Assembly: GCA_965238275.1 (NCBI GenBank)
Contig: OZ250186.1
Span: 2,152,669-2,216,668 of the forward strand
Length of the DNA: 64,000 nt
Reading direction: 5' to 3'
Source of the DNA: Nitrosopumilus sp.
GTDB taxonomy: Archaea; Thermoproteota; Nitrososphaeria; Nitrososphaerales; Nitrosopumilaceae
Below the pieces are notes generated by a model. That model saw only the letters and a list, made by a program, of their open reading frames with translations, ran no database searches and was not told the DNA's origin. Positions 40,223-51,334 of the stretch are shown here, piece by piece. Position 1 is the first letter of the stretch, and every line of letters starts with the position of its first letter. The translations under genes were made by a program, and so were the position numbers.

Positions 40223-41823
40223 GTAACTGTGTAGTTTTTTGATCAAATGGTGAATTCCATGCCTACAAAAAACTATGTATTTTTTTTAACATGGAACCAG
40301 ATTCTCGCGCAGGACCGTGCAAAAATCATCTCCCCTTGCCTTGCATGTCTGCTTGATGCTCATCAGCACGGCAATCGCGTCTGCGCCCTTCTTTGACCTG
40401 CTCCCGTTGCTGTTCTTGCGAAGAATGACGTACGGCCTGATGGCCCGCTCTGCCCGGTTGTTGTGGTATTCGACATCGTCTGTCTCCAGAAACGCAAACA
40501 GGTGATCCCTTTCCCGCACCAGCCTCTTGCGCATCCTGTTGCAGTGCTTGCAGTCGCGGTCCTTCTCGAGCCTGCCTATCAGGAACGCGATGCGACGGTC
40601 CAGCCTCTTCTTTGTGGCAAGCGCGTCTGCTCCTCCCGGAATGGCACCGTCGACGTGCGAGTCCCACAGTATGCTGCGCAGCGTCCTTGCGTGCCGCCGG
40701 TAGTCCTGGCCGGGATTTTTGTATCTCAGGGTGTCCTTGATGTCCCGGGCGTAATGCAGGTGGCACTTTTGGTGCATGGTTCCTATGACGTTCCACGCTC
40801 CCCACGAGTCAGACGTCACGCATCCCGAATAGTCCTTGCCAAGCATCTTTTTTGGAACCTTCGAGTTCCTGCGGCGGTGTACCTCGTAGATTACGGCGTA
40901 CTTTGTTACCACCGCCCACAGCCAATAGTTGGTGCCGTTGACGCGCCAGACAGACTCGTCCCCATTTATCGCAGGCGAGCGCCTCACCTCCTCCTTGATC
41001 TTCTCGTACAGCGGCCCAAGCTCCCGTGCCATCCTGCACACCATGCGGTTTATGGCAGATTCGGTGATCCTTGCAGAGTACGTTAGCAGGACAATCTGGC
41101 ATATCCTGAGGTCTGACATGCCGTGCAGCCTGAGGATGACCATCATTATCATAAAGTTGATCCCGTACCTGGAGTTTGGCAGTGCCAGCGGGGTCCTGCC
41201 GGACACGGTCTTCTTGCAGTTCCTGCAGCGCCTTCTCTTTACTGTCACCTTGATGTGCTCTAGTTCCACCCTGGCAGCCTCCCTTACGACCTTTGTGTAC
41301 GTGGATACGCACTCGGAGAGGTCGGAGCTGCCGCAGTTGTCGCACGTGTGGGGATCTGCCGTCTCCTCCGCGTCTATTCTTTCAGGACGCCTGAGGCCGG
41401 TACGTCTGTGGTCGCTTGACTTGCCCTTGGCCTTTGTGCGGCGTCTGGCACCGCCGGTCTTTTTGTCAGGTTTTGCGCCGATGCTCCTTGCAACGGCAGC
41501 CGATATGACGCCCTTTGCTTCCTGCAACTCTGCCGTGAGGTCCCGGATCTGTCGGAGGGCGGCAGCGTAAAGATCAGCGAGATTGGCCAGCTGACGGTCT
41601 TTTTTGGCCAGCTGCCCTGCCATCATCTCCACTTTTTCCTCCAGTTCTGCAATCCTTGACTCGGAATTATCATCAGGCATAATGCAAACCGTGGGAACTG
41701 ATGATCTAAAAATTGGAATGGAGAGAAAAACTCGATCAAGTGATTAAAAATAGTTTCAAAAAAAACTACACAGACGTTTGTAGGCATGGAATTCAACGTT
41801 TGATCAAAAAACTACACAGTTAC
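40223..41823 (-). mobile_element. IS66-family element (single ORF)
   Basis: 25-bp perfect TIR GTAACTGTGTAGTTTTTTGATCAAA; 8-bp TSD GAATACAC (40215-40222, 41824-41831); subterminal AAAAAACTA repeats. Confidence 0.93.
40286..41680 (-). CDS. IS66-family transposase
   Basis: Coiled coil, CDNCG/CRNC, NGDESVW, QKCHLHYARD, HNNRAERAIR. Confidence 0.92.
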   Translation of the reverse strand: MPDDNSESRIAELEEKVEMMAGQLAKKDRQLANLADLYAAALRQIRDLTAELQEAKGVISAAVARSIGAKPDKKTGGARRRTKAKGKSSDHRRTGLRRPERIDAEETADPHTCDNCGSSDLSECVSTYTKVVREAARVELEHIKVTVKRRRCRNCKKTVSGRTPLALPNSRYGINFMIMMVILRLHGMSDLRICQIVLLTYSARITESAINRMVCRMARELGPLYEKIKEEVRRSPAINGDESVWRVNGTNYWLWAVVTKYAVIYEVHRRRNSKVPKKMLGKDYSGCVTSDSWGAWNVIGTMHQKCHLHYARDIKDTLRYKNPGQDYRRHARTLRSILWDSHVDGAIPGGADALATKKRLDRRIAFLIGRLEKDRDCKHCNRMRKRLVRERDHLFAFLETDDVEYHNNRAERAIRPYVILRKNSNGSRSKKGADAIAVLMSIKQTCKARGDDFCTVLRENLVPC

Positions 41824-41945
41824 GAATACACCAGATGCCATGCTTTGGACCAGTTTTCCAAACCCATCAAGACACGCATGGGGCCACAGGCCAGGCGTCA
41901 TCAGACAACATGCAAAAGGCCGGCGCCTATCAGGAATTTTCCGGC

Positions 41946-42908
41946 TCAGATCTCCATGGAGTCAAGCATTGAGGAGATATCGGTGGTCGGAAAACCGTCT
42001 CTGGAGATCTGCTGCTTTGCAGGCGAGTTTTCAATGTAGTTTGGAATGGTCCCCTGGAGTCGTCTGTCGTACGGCGTAATGCCGTCATTCCTGTAAAAGA
42101 CGCCTATTGGTATCCGGTCCCCCCATTCCAGGGACTTTACCAGTGCCTGGCTCAGCTTGTGGTTTAGGTCGCCCTCGGTGGCATGGCGGACCATCGGGTT
42201 GTAGCCAGTATCCTCCAGCTTGTAGATTCTAGAGTGCCTCTTCTGTGCCTCATCAACCAGGTCCACGCCGGCGTACCAGTCCCTTGTGTTGATGTCGTTG
42301 TACGTGGGGCACGGCTGCAGCACATCCAGAAATGACAGCCCCTTGTGTTCGACTGACTGGATTATCAGATCCTTCAGATGCCGGACGTCATACGAGTATC
42401 CCCGTGCAACAAACGTAAAGCCGCTTGTCACTGCCAGCCCTATCGGGTTTACATTGTAGTTGGTGTTGGGAGAGGGGAGCGACTTTGTCTGCTCGCCAAG
42501 CTTCATGGTGGGCGATGCCTGTCCCTTTGTCAGGCCGTACACCCCGTTGTCAAATATGATGTACGTCATGTCGACATTGCGTCTTCCGGCTGCAACAAAA
42601 TGACCGGCGCCGATTCCCAGTCCGTCCCCGTCGCCACCCACTGCAACAACGTTCAGATCATTGTTTGCTATCTTTGCGCCCTGGGCAAATGTCAGTACCC
42701 TGCCGTGTAGCGTGTGGACGCCATACGTGTTGATAAAGTGCGAGGTCTTGCCGGAACATCCGATGCCGGAGAATATCACGGTCCTGTCCCTCCGGATTCC
42801 TATCTCCGCCAGGGCCATCTGGATGGCGTTTACTATCCCAAAGTCGCCACATCCGGGACACCAGTCGTTGTGCACGTCGGTCTTAAAGTCGGCAATCTTA
42901 AGCGCCAT
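41946..42908 (-). CDS. 2-oxoacid:ferredoxin oxidoreductase beta subunit
   Basis: [26 protein letters not shown]. Confidence 0.95.
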   Translation of the reverse strand: MALKIADFKTDVHNDWCPGCGDFGIVNAIQMALAEIGIRRDRTVIFSGIGCSGKTSHFINTYGVHTLHGRVLTFAQGAKIANNDLNVVAVGGDGDGLGIGAGHFVAAGRRNVDMTYIIFDNGVYGLTKGQASPTMKLGEQTKSLPSPNTNYNVNPIGLAVTSGFTFVARGYSYDVRHLKDLIIQSVEHKGLSFLDVLQPCPTYNDINTRDWYAGVDLVDEAQKRHSRIYKLEDTGYNPMVRHATEGDLNHKLSQALVKSLEWGDRIPIGVFYRNDGITPYDRRLQGTIPNYIENSPAKQQISRDGFPTTDISSMLDSMEI

Positions 42909-44811
42909 GTGTCAGGATCTCCTTCTTGTCGGCCTTGTTCTGGACGATTCTCTTAAGCGAGTCATAAATCTCGGTGCATGTCATGGATCTGCCGGTATAT
43001 TTTAGGATGTAGTAGTCAGGATCCCGTCCGGTGTTCATCTTGAATAGTTTTCCCATCTGTGCAGAATAGTTGGCCTCCACATCAATTATTGTTTTGACAT
43101 TGCCAATTAATGATTGTATGTACGCGGCAGGGAACGGGTGCAGCAGCTTCATCTCGATGAGCCCCACAGTGATTCCCTCTTTTTTGAGCATCCTGATTGC
43201 ATCAAGTATGGGCCCCTTGGCCGAGCCCCACGAGATCACAGTATGCTCATGGATTCCGTACGAGACTGCCTGCTCGGATTCCGGAATGCTCTTCAGTATA
43301 AGGTCAAGGCGGGACATTCTCTTGTCCATCATGGCTATGCGCATCTCGGGATCCTCGGTAATGTGACCGTGCTCGTCGGATTCGTCCCCGGTGTTCCAGA
43401 ATATTCCGTCGTCTGCGCCCAGATACGAGCGCGGGGATATGCCGTCATAGGTAAACCTGAACCTTTGATAGTCATCATCATCAACACGCTCCAGCAGCTT
43501 GCCGCGATCGATTGATATCCTTGCGGGTTCAAACCGCCTGCATGTGACTACCGAGCTTGCAAGGAACTTGTCCATCATGTGGATTACCGGAACCTGAAAG
43601 ACATCGGCATAGTTGAAACACCTTCCGGTGTCGTAAAAGCTCTCCTCGATGGTGCCAGACGCGTAGACGATCTTTGGAAAATCCCCGTGTCCGGCGTGGA
43701 CTGCAAAGAGCAAGTCATCCTGCCCGTGCCTCGTTGGAAGTCCGGTGGAGGGTCCGCTTCTCTGATAGTTGGTAATGACGATTGGGACCTCGTTGATTCC
43801 CGCCCATCCCAGGGATTCGGCCATCAGCGAGAATCCCGGACCGGACGTGCATGTTGCAGAACGGGTCCCGGTCAGCGCGCCTCCGATGGTCATCCCGATT
43901 GCACACATCTCGTCCTCAGTCTGCATCACTACAGTGGAACCTGCCTGGGAGCCGTCCACATCCAGAACTGCATTTGACTCCAGATAGGACGACTCGTCAG
44001 AGGCAGGGGTAATCGGATAGTAGGGCTGGAATCTGCACCCGCACGCCATCTTTCCCAGCGCGGTGCCCTGGAATCCCTGCACCAGTATGGTATGGGACCG
44101 TTTTTTCACCGGGTGTAGTTTGTGGGGGAATTCTACAGGCTGCCTGCTCATGTAGTCATAGGAGTGTGTGGCTGCCTGCTTGTTTAGCATGGCAATTGCA
44201 GGCTTTTTTGCAAATATCACACCAATGGAGTCAAGCAGTAACTTGGACGGTACCCTGAGCAGCCCCAGCGACAGCGAGACGGCAATCACATTGTACATCC
44301 TCACCAGGCCCCGCAGCCTTGGGTTGCCTGTCTCCTCTGCAAGACGTGCAAGCAGTCCCTTGAAGGACACAGGATACAGGTGGACGCCATTGTCTTTTGC
44401 GACCTCCAGTGCCCCGGATATGGTAAACGGCTTTCCCTTGGACTCAAGAAACGCATGCAGTCGGTTCCGGAACGACTCGTCAAGGGTCATGACTCTGCTG
44501 GTATCAACACCGTCCAGATCCGAATCATAGATAATTCCGCCGCCTGGCAGTACGTCGTTAAAATGTCGAAATATGGTCTCTGCGTCAAACGAGGCCATCA
44601 GGGTTATGCTGTTGGTACTGGATGAAATCTCCTCGTCTGATATCCGGACTGCAAAGTAGCTGTGCTCCCCCTTGATGTTTGAATAGAACTCCCTCTTGCC
44701 AAACACGGCATACCCTTCCTCTGCACAGACACGCGTGAATATGTTTGCGCCGGATTCGACTCCACTGCCCTGTGGGCCTCCGACAAGCCAAGTAAAATCA
44801 GTCAAATCCAT
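42898..44811 (-). CDS. 2-oxoacid:ferredoxin oxidoreductase alpha subunit
   Basis: [30 protein letters not shown]. Confidence 0.95.
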   Translation of the reverse strand: MDLTDFTWLVGGPQGSGVESGANIFTRVCAEEGYAVFGKREFYSNIKGEHSYFAVRISDEEISSSTNSITLMASFDAETIFRHFNDVLPGGGIIYDSDLDGVDTSRVMTLDESFRNRLHAFLESKGKPFTISGALEVAKDNGVHLYPVSFKGLLARLAEETGNPRLRGLVRMYNVIAVSLSLGLLRVPSKLLLDSIGVIFAKKPAIAMLNKQAATHSYDYMSRQPVEFPHKLHPVKKRSHTILVQGFQGTALGKMACGCRFQPYYPITPASDESSYLESNAVLDVDGSQAGSTVVMQTEDEMCAIGMTIGGALTGTRSATCTSGPGFSLMAESLGWAGINEVPIVITNYQRSGPSTGLPTRHGQDDLLFAVHAGHGDFPKIVYASGTIEESFYDTGRCFNYADVFQVPVIHMMDKFLASSVVTCRRFEPARISIDRGKLLERVDDDDYQRFRFTYDGISPRSYLGADDGIFWNTGDESDEHGHITEDPEMRIAMMDKRMSRLDLILKSIPESEQAVSYGIHEHTVISWGSAKGPILDAIRMLKKEGITVGLIEMKLLHPFPAAYIQSLIGNVKTIIDVEANYSAQMGKLFKMNTGRDPDYYILKYTGRSMTCTEIYDSLKRIVQNKADKKEILTHGA

Positions 44812-44849
44812 AACACAACACGTCAGTTCTAGCGCATAAATGAGTTTTT

Positions 44850-44993
44850 CTAACCACCGGTGGCAGCATCAAACAGGGCACATTCGCATTTGTCGCGCTC
44901 TCCACAGTACGGACACACGCACATGCACATCTCAATGGAGTTGCCACACAGCATGCATGTTTCGAATTCCTCCTTCTCGTCGGCGCTAGGCAT
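44850..44993 (-). CDS. Small Cys-rich protein (47 aa, 8 Cys)
   Basis: MPSADEKEEFETCMLCGNSIEMCMCVCPYCGERDKCECALFDAATGG. Confidence 0.65.
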   Translation of the reverse strand: MPSADEKEEFETCMLCGNSIEMCMCVCPYCGERDKCECALFDAATGG

Positions 44994-45044
44994 GCTGGCT
45001 TTAGACAAGAATCGTATAAATGGTTTAAGCCATGAATTCAGGAT

Positions 45045-46013
45045 ATGAAAAGAAAGGTGTTCATAACAAGAAAAATTCAGGACGCTGCACTGGCAGAACT
45101 GAACAGCAAGTATCAGGTGGATGTGCATTCGGGGGAGCGGCCTGCCACCCGTGAAGAGTTGCAGTCAGGAACAAGGGATGCAGACGGGCTGATCTGCTTT
45201 CCATACGACAGGATTGACCAGAAGATCATCGATTCTGCAAGGAATCTAAGGGTCATCAGTACGTACAGCGTCGGATTTGAGCACATAGACGTAGGGCATG
45301 CCAGGAACAGGGGAATCAGAATAGGGTACACCCCAAACGTGCTGACTGATGCGACTGCCGATATGACGTTTGCGCTCCTGCTTGACCTGTTCAGAAGGGT
45401 GTCAGCAGGGGACAGGGTTATGCGGGAGGACAGATGGGTGTCAGTCTATGCGCCAACTGAGTATCTTGGGACTGATCCCCAGGGCAAGACGCTCGGGATT
45501 CTGGGCATGGGCAGGATTGGCCGGGCAGTAGCCAAAAGGGCAGACGCATTTGGCATGAAGACAGTATACCACAACAGGCAACGCCTGCAGGACCCGCAAG
45601 AGAGGTCGCTGGGAATAGAATACGTATCCTTTGATGAGCTGGTCACACGGAGTGATGTCATCTCAATCCACACGCCGCACACTGCAGAGACTGAACACCT
45701 GTTTGATGCGGATGTCTTTGCCAGAATGAAGAGGACTGCATACCTCATCAACACTGCAAGGGGGAGAATAGTCAACGAAAGGGATCTGGCAGCTGCCCTG
45801 AGGGACGGGATCATTGCAGGTGCGGGACTGGATGTCTTTGAGACTGAGCCCATCAACGGAGAAAACCCCCTGCTAAAGCTGCAAAACGTGGTGCTGTCCC
45901 CCCACATGGGTAGCGCCACAACGGAGACAAGGGCAAGAATGGTCGAGATCGTAATCAGGAATCTGGATCTTGGGATGGACGGCAGGAAGCCTGCATACTC
46001 TGTGGAATATTAG
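45045..46013 (+). CDS. D-2-hydroxyacid dehydrogenase (glyoxylate reductase-like)
   Basis: GMGRIG, INTARG, AGLDVFETEP, PHMGSAT. Confidence 0.92.
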   Translation: MKRKVFITRKIQDAALAELNSKYQVDVHSGERPATREELQSGTRDADGLICFPYDRIDQKIIDSARNLRVISTYSVGFEHIDVGHARNRGIRIGYTPNVLTDATADMTFALLLDLFRRVSAGDRVMREDRWVSVYAPTEYLGTDPQGKTLGILGMGRIGRAVAKRADAFGMKTVYHNRQRLQDPQERSLGIEYVSFDELVTRSDVISIHTPHTAETEHLFDADVFARMKRTAYLINTARGRIVNERDLAAALRDGIIAGAGLDVFETEPINGENPLLKLQNVVLSPHMGSATTETRARMVEIVIRNLDLGMDGRKPAYSVEY

Positions 46014-46249
46014 AATTCGGCCATGGCAGACGTACGGACAAGATTGTGCAGGACAGGACTTGTGCAGGACAATCAAACACGGCGGGAACCCACGCCGGAC
46101 TGGTCATACATGCGCAGTTTTTATATCCATGGCACGATGTATAATCATATTGAAGAAGTTCAAGCACACCAATGAAGAATTAGAGTTAGCCAAGATACAG
46201 TCTGAGAAAGAGAAGAAGCGGAAATCCCAGAACTAGTGTCTTTCACCCA

Positions 46250-46276
46250 CCTGCCTGTACGGCAGGGGTTTTTTTT
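46250..46276 (+). terminator. Hairpin plus oligo-T tract
   Basis: CCTGCC-TGTAC-GGCAGG followed by T8 between convergent genes. Confidence 0.45.
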
Positions 46277-46649
46277 AAAATTGAATCTTTGAAGGATACC
46301 TCTGATGCAGCCCGTCATACAGTTCCATTCGCTCTGGAATCAGCACGCCGGACTGGTCATACATGCGCGTAAAGAATGCTGCCAGGACCCGCTGTCCGTC
46401 CCTGTTAAAGAACCGCACACTGAAGCTTGTTCGCCCGGGCCGCGGTTCCTTGACAAACTCGGCGGATTCTATGGACTCGGAGTTAATATGCATGTGTGCC
46501 GGATCGTCGTTTTCCCCCAGCGTGATCCACTTGTCCTTCTGCCGTATTCCCAGATGGTTGCTTCTTACCTCGCTTACGGCACCATCACTCTTTACGATAA
46601 ACAGCACATCGTCAATTCCCACAATCTCAGATAGCAGTTCCAAAAGCAT
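46275..46649 (-). CDS. HutX/ChuX-like heme-carrier-family protein
   Basis: FIVKSDGAVSE, HMHIN, SFSVRFFN motifs. Confidence 0.6.
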   Translation of the reverse strand: MLLELLSEIVGIDDVLFIVKSDGAVSEVRSNHLGIRQKDKWITLGENDDPAHMHINSESIESAEFVKEPRPGRTSFSVRFFNRDGQRVLAAFFTRMYDQSGVLIPERMELYDGLHQRYPSKIQF

Positions 46650-46674
46650 GCATGGGTATTTCATCAAAGTTATT

Positions 46675-46956
46675 TCAGTTTTTGGGATCCGGGGTGTCAA
46701 TCTGCACAAGATCGTCCGGATCTCCGCGGATGCAGTCAGTGCCGACTGCCTTGACCGGGGAAAACGTCATCACGCCCCGCGGAATCTTTCCGCCGTCCTG
46801 AAGTATGGTAATCCTGTCGGATATGTCCTGTCGGTGCCTCTCGCAGGCAAGCCCCACCATGTATTCGTCGGCACCTGCAACTATCGAGACGATGAATCTG
46901 GGGGGATTCACACACTGCCTTTTCTTGCTTACCACAGAGCACCTGTCAGGCATCAT
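46675..46956 (-). CDS. Small hypothetical protein with Cys/His ligands
   Basis: PDRCSV...CVNPP...ACERH...GTDCI. Confidence 0.65.
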   Translation of the reverse strand: MMPDRCSVVSKKRQCVNPPRFIVSIVAGADEYMVGLACERHRQDISDRITILQDGGKIPRGVMTFSPVKAVGTDCIRGDPDDLVQIDTPDPKN

Positions 46957-47003
46957 AAGGCCAGTCGGCGCCTGTTTGATATTAATCTTGGTCGGACGGT
47001 GGA

Positions 47004-47059
47004 AAACGATGCGGCCCCAAACGATGCGGCCCCAAACGATGCGGCCCCAAACGATGCGG
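47004..47059. repeat. 15-bp minisatellite AAACGATGCGGCCCC x3.7
   Basis: Perfect head-to-tail copies in a divergent intergenic region. Confidence 0.95.
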
Positions 47060-47141
47060 TGGCAAAAATTCACCCCATGCAGGATGAATTCGTCTGAGGA
47101 ATACGGAGTTTATTACAGAGACAGGCCAAATATGAATACTG

Positions 47142-48449
47142 TTGAACAGCGAGTTTGATGTTGCAATCATAGGAGGGGGAATCCTTGGAACCTCGATATC
47201 ATATTTTGTATCGGCCCTGAACGAATCAAAAAGGATAGCAGTGATAGAGCAGGCCGGGAGCGTCGCATTTCATACAAGCGGAAGAAACACCGGAAAGGTT
47301 CATGCGCCATACCTGTACGACCCGGCAAGGAAGCGGCTTCTTGCAAGGGCCGCCTTTGACGGGTACGGCATGTGGGAGGAGTACTCCAGGATGAAAGGCC
47401 TGCCGTTCAGAAGGGATGGGGTGCTTGAAGTCGCACTGGACAGGGATGACGTGCAGGTGCTTGAAAAGTATCTCAGATGGGGAAGGCAGAACGGACTGGA
47501 GGATTCGGACATTGAGATTCTGGACGGGGGCGATTTGAAGAGAACCGAGCCGGAGATACGGTGCGAGGCGGCGCTCAGGGTGCGCAGGGATGCATCCACA
47601 GACTATGCTGCACTGTCCGGTGCGCTGATGACGGACAGCCAGGAAAACGGCACGAAGTTTCTTATGAACTCGACTGTCACCGGGATAAAAAAGGGCGGCG
47701 CCAAGTGGGAGATCACGTTAAACAACGAGAACGTGATTCTTGCAGATCTGTTGATTAATGCAGCCGGCGGCAGGGCAGTGGATATCGCGCACGATGCAGG
47801 AGTTGCACACAACCTTACGGATGTGCATTTCAGGGGGGAGTACTGGAAGGCCCCTGAGGAGTACTCCGGACTGACCAAGACCAGCGTGTATTCGGTTCCG
47901 GAATTTCCAGAATATCCGTTTCTGGATCCCCACTGGATCATCAGGGCCGACGGCAGCTGTGAGATCGGTCCGAATGCGGTTCCCGTGTTCAGTCCATACG
48001 GGTATGACACAATGGAGAACATCAAGGAGTTTGTGCCAAAGATGCTTGAGATGCTCGGCTCCGGCGCAAGAAAGGCAGTCTTTAACAGGCAGTTTCAGGA
48101 ACTTGCAATCAGCGAGATTCAGTCATCCATGTCAAAGACGGCGATGGTCGACAGGGTAAGAAGATTCCTGCCTAGAATCAATCCGAACAGGATCACCGAG
48201 AGGGGGACGGCCGGCATCCGATCGTCAGTGATTGACGAGAACGGGACGTTCATCCCTGATGCAGTCTGCATCGAGGGCGACTCGTCATTTCACATTCTCA
48301 ACTACAACTCCCCGGGTGCCACAGGCGCGCTTCCGTTTTCGGCATACGTGGTCAGCACGCTCGATGAGAAGGGACTCATCAGCAACGAGCATCAAGATGC
48401 AAGATGCGGACCGTGGCAGTTCTCAGAGATTGTAGGGGGCATGGCGTGA
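47142..48449 (+). CDS. FAD-dependent oxidoreductase (L-2-hydroxyglutarate oxidase-like)
   Basis: IIGGGILG, HTSGRNTG, FRGEY, NSPGATGA. Confidence 0.88.
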   Translation: MNSEFDVAIIGGGILGTSISYFVSALNESKRIAVIEQAGSVAFHTSGRNTGKVHAPYLYDPARKRLLARAAFDGYGMWEEYSRMKGLPFRRDGVLEVALDRDDVQVLEKYLRWGRQNGLEDSDIEILDGGDLKRTEPEIRCEAALRVRRDASTDYAALSGALMTDSQENGTKFLMNSTVTGIKKGGAKWEITLNNENVILADLLINAAGGRAVDIAHDAGVAHNLTDVHFRGEYWKAPEEYSGLTKTSVYSVPEFPEYPFLDPHWIIRADGSCEIGPNAVPVFSPYGYDTMENIKEFVPKMLEMLGSGARKAVFNRQFQELAISEIQSSMSKTAMVDRVRRFLPRINPNRITERGTAGIRSSVIDENGTFIPDAVCIEGDSSFHILNYNSPGATGALPFSAYVVSTLDEKGLISNEHQDARCGPWQFSEIVGGMA

Positions 48450-48541
48450 ATCGGTATGCGGCGGAATTGCCATGCGTACAACAGGCCTGCATCAGTGGCC
48501 GAACCACCGCAGGGCATCCCCTAAAGACGGCATGGGATGAA

Positions 48542-48642
48542 TGGCGCCGGGAGGGAGATTTGAACTCCCGATCCCTTGCGAGAACGCGCTTTATGGTGTA
48601 TCATTTCCAGGCGCGCGCCCTACCAGGCTAGGCGACCCCGGC
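48542..48642 (-). tRNA. tRNA-Ser (GGA) with a 14-nt intron at 37/38 (48591-48604)
   Basis: GCCGGGG acceptor stem, CGCGC-CT-GGA-A[ATGATACACCATAA]A-GCGCG, long variable arm, GTTCAAATC, CCA. Confidence 0.92.
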
Positions 48643-48703
48643 ACAAGTCTTACGACAGGGGTGCTTGGGGGAATCTGATTATAAATTGTGTCATGCCTTC
48701 GGC

Positions 48704-49129
48704 CTACAGGATTGTGACTGTAGTTGATGCGGCGACATCGTGCCCTGCGTGTATCTTGTAGATGCCGGAGATGATCGGCGTTCCATCATACTGGATCGGA
48801 GTCCATGATATGTACCACTCGTCTCCGGGATTGAGCGTTTGTTCCACCTCCCCTGCAAGGGGAGCAAATATGGCGACGCCTGCAAGACCGGTAACACGTA
48901 ATCCATACGAGTCATCAGGAAAACTCAGCGGAAGCGTCCCGGAGTTTATGACGCGGATCTCAATCTTCTCGCCCGGCGCATAAACGGACTTGTCTGTAAC
49001 GACAGACAGCGAATGCCCCTCCACATACGTCACCTGGTTGGTATCCTTCAGACCTGCAAGATACACGCCAAAGAGCAGTCCGGAGACGACGCCGACTGCG
49101 ATAAAGACGACGAGGGTTCTTGCTAACAA
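48704..49129 (-). CDS. Membrane-anchored Ig-like hypothetical protein
   Basis: N-terminal TM helix, TDKSVYAPGE, GIYKI. Confidence 0.7.
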   Translation of the reverse strand: MLARTLVVFIAVGVVSGLLFGVYLAGLKDTNQVTYVEGHSLSVVTDKSVYAPGEKIEIRVINSGTLPLSFPDDSYGLRVTGLAGVAIFAPLAGEVEQTLNPGDEWYISWTPIQYDGTPIISGIYKIHAGHDVAASTTVTIL

Positions 49130-49153
49130 CGGTTACGGTGTGTCGTATCTGTT

Positions 49154-50155
49154 TTAATCCTTTGGCATAACAGGCTTGGTACGCCATTTCTTGGGATATG
49201 TGTTGGGGGGCATTATGATTCGTTTTGTCTCAAAGGCATGCCCCTTCGCAGCCTCGTCGATCTCCTCGGCAGACATTGTCGACTCTGCCAGTGCAACTGC
49301 CTCCCCCTTTTGGGTATACACGCCGACCAGATCCCCCTGTTTCAGTCCTCTGGAGACCTGCAGGATTCCGGGCACCGCCAGCTGTGCGCCGTGACACATC
49401 GCATCAACTGCCGAGTCACGAATAACCACAGACTTTATCTCGCTGAGTGCAGTCTCCACGGGTTTTATCATCCTCATCAGCTTGCTGCCATCCCCGTCAT
49501 CATTCCATGTGGCAAACGCGTCTGCCAGTTCGTGCATCGTCACCAGGCCGTCAGTCTCCCGGAACTGGCCCACCCTGGTCCGTCTCAGTTCCACCATGGT
49601 CGAGCCGGGCCCCAGCACCTCGCCCACATCATAGTACAGTTTTCTTATGTAGGTGCCTGCCTCGCACAGGATGCGGGTCAGCAGCAGCCTCTCCTTCTGC
49701 TCAAGCACCTCAAACTCGTAGATGTGCCTGATTCGGGTCTGCCTGAGTACGGCAGAGCGCTGCGGGGGCTTTTGGAAGATTGGCCCTTTGAACATCCCAA
49801 TCACCTGTGCAAGCTTTTCAGGCGACGGCAGGGAGTGGATCCGGCCCAGCGCATGATACTCCTTTGGGCCAAGCAGCAGGACCCCCAGTGCCTTTGTAGC
49901 CTCTCCCAGTCCGAGCGGCAGGACCCCGGACACCTGTGGATCAAGCGTTCCGCTGTGGCCAATCTTGGGTAGGTTCAGTATCCTCTTTGTCCATGCCACA
50001 GTCTCATGGCTTGTAGGACCAGGCGGCTTGTCCAGCAGTATTATTCCATAGCTGAGCAGCTGCTCGACTGTTCTCTTGTCGTAGTATGTGCCATATGCAT
50101 CGTCTGTGATATCCTGATCAATTTCAACCAGATTCTCAAGCTGTCTGAGCGTCAT
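49154..50155 (-). CDS. cbf5: Pseudouridine synthase Cbf5
   Basis: DKPPGPTSH, GHSGTLDP, CEAGTYIR, PUA domain. Confidence 0.95.
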   Translation of the reverse strand: MTLRQLENLVEIDQDITDDAYGTYYDKRTVEQLLSYGIILLDKPPGPTSHETVAWTKRILNLPKIGHSGTLDPQVSGVLPLGLGEATKALGVLLLGPKEYHALGRIHSLPSPEKLAQVIGMFKGPIFQKPPQRSAVLRQTRIRHIYEFEVLEQKERLLLTRILCEAGTYIRKLYYDVGEVLGPGSTMVELRRTRVGQFRETDGLVTMHELADAFATWNDDGDGSKLMRMIKPVETALSEIKSVVIRDSAVDAMCHGAQLAVPGILQVSRGLKQGDLVGVYTQKGEAVALAESTMSAEEIDEAAKGHAFETKRIIMPPNTYPKKWRTKPVMPKD

Positions 50156-50712
50156 AGCAGTCTCTTCACCGTATCCCTTGCAATATCAATTACCTGTTGC
50201 GCGGTAAGATGGTCAGTGTCAATCTTCAAATCAAAGACGGACTCGTCATATCCAAACTCAAATCTGTACAGGTTCTTGTACAGCGCCCTGTTCTTGTCAA
50301 AGCGGTTCTTTGTGACTGCAGATGCCTCGACGGGGCTCATATTGTCCCGGGATTGCATTCTTTTGGTGCTGCTTGCATGGGAGCCGTCAAGCCATATCTT
50401 TATGCCGCTGCCTACCAGCCACGGCAGCGTGTAGCTTGTGATTACCCTGCCTCCATCATTGAACAGACCCATCAGTTTCTGGTCCAGCTGCCTGTCAAAC
50501 GTAGAGTCGCCCTCGCGCTGGTTGAGAAACTGCATTCCCTGCTGCGTGTCCCACCAGTCATCACCGTCAGGTTCAAACCCCTGCGTCCTAGCCATCTCCT
50601 TTAGGACGTCCCCGCCGCTGAGATACTCCATTCCAAACTCCGTTGCAAGGCCCTTTCCAACAGTAGTCTTGCCCACCGCCGGGGGTCCGGAGATTACAAC
50701 AGATTTTGTCAA
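50152..50712 (-). CDS. cmk: Cytidylate kinase (archaeal)
   Basis: GPPAVGKTT; operon context. Confidence 0.88.
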   Translation of the reverse strand: MTKSVVISGPPAVGKTTVGKGLATEFGMEYLSGGDVLKEMARTQGFEPDGDDWWDTQQGMQFLNQREGDSTFDRQLDQKLMGLFNDGGRVITSYTLPWLVGSGIKIWLDGSHASSTKRMQSRDNMSPVEASAVTKNRFDKNRALYKNLYRFEFGYDESVFDLKIDTDHLTAQQVIDIARDTVKRLL

Positions 50713-51332
50713 CTGAGATCCATGGATGTTCTGGTCAGTTTCATGATAATTCCACTAAACGCAATGGATGAAAGAAAGTACCATGCCCACAGAAAGAGCG
50801 CGTTCTCCGCGGTACAGACATGCTCCGGGTCTGCGGCCTGTTCGGCAGTACACGTAAGCTGCAGCCAGTCGCCTGGAATCACGTTGAGCGGTATGGGGGA
50901 TATTGCAACGGTATACGAGAAGAGTTGTGGCAGGACCAGATAGAATATCAGAATCAGGGGAACAAATGTAATCATCATCGGCCTCATGTTCATCTGCATC
51001 ATCTCCATGGACATCTTGTTCATGTAAGAGGACTTTTTGCTCAGCTCGTTTATCCTGGCCTGATCCTTTGAGCGCATTGCGGCCATCCTCTCCTTCTGCC
51101 ATGAGCGGGTCTCCTTCATGATCCGCTTCAGCTTTGTCTGATCAACCATCTTCTTTCGGACTGCCGCATTGAATATGTTGAGCAGTATTCCAAATCCGGA
51201 CACGGCAAACATTGAAACAATCAGGCCCTTGACTATCGGATCATCGCTTCCCAGCGCGCCCCGCTGCTCTGTAAAGAATTCAAACTGGAGAAACACAGAA
51301 TCAACAAAGAGAAACACAAAGCCGAGATCCAT
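50709..51332 (-). CDS. EMC3/TMCO1-family (DUF106) membrane insertase
   Basis: TM-coiled coil-TM, MRPMMIT, WYFLSS; position between adk and cmk. Confidence 0.85.
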   Translation of the reverse strand: MDLGFVFLFVDSVFLQFEFFTEQRGALGSDDPIVKGLIVSMFAVSGFGILLNIFNAAVRKKMVDQTKLKRIMKETRSWQKERMAAMRSKDQARINELSKKSSYMNKMSMEMMQMNMRPMMITFVPLILIFYLVLPQLFSYTVAISPIPLNVIPGDWLQLTCTAEQAADPEHVCTAENALFLWAWYFLSSIAFSGIIMKLTRTSMDLS

Positions 51333-51334
51333 TT

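Noticed and set aside
46129-46236. Short basic ORF (MARCIIILKK...) before a terminator-like hairpin
   Set aside because: 35 aa with no recognisable motif; not supportable
47004-47059. Possible CRISPR array (also 13135-13340)
   Set aside because: Head-to-tail repeats with no spacers and no cas genes
49930-49970. Possible intron in cbf5 as in some Crenarchaeota
   Set aside because: GHSGTLDP is uninterrupted and the ORF is continuous
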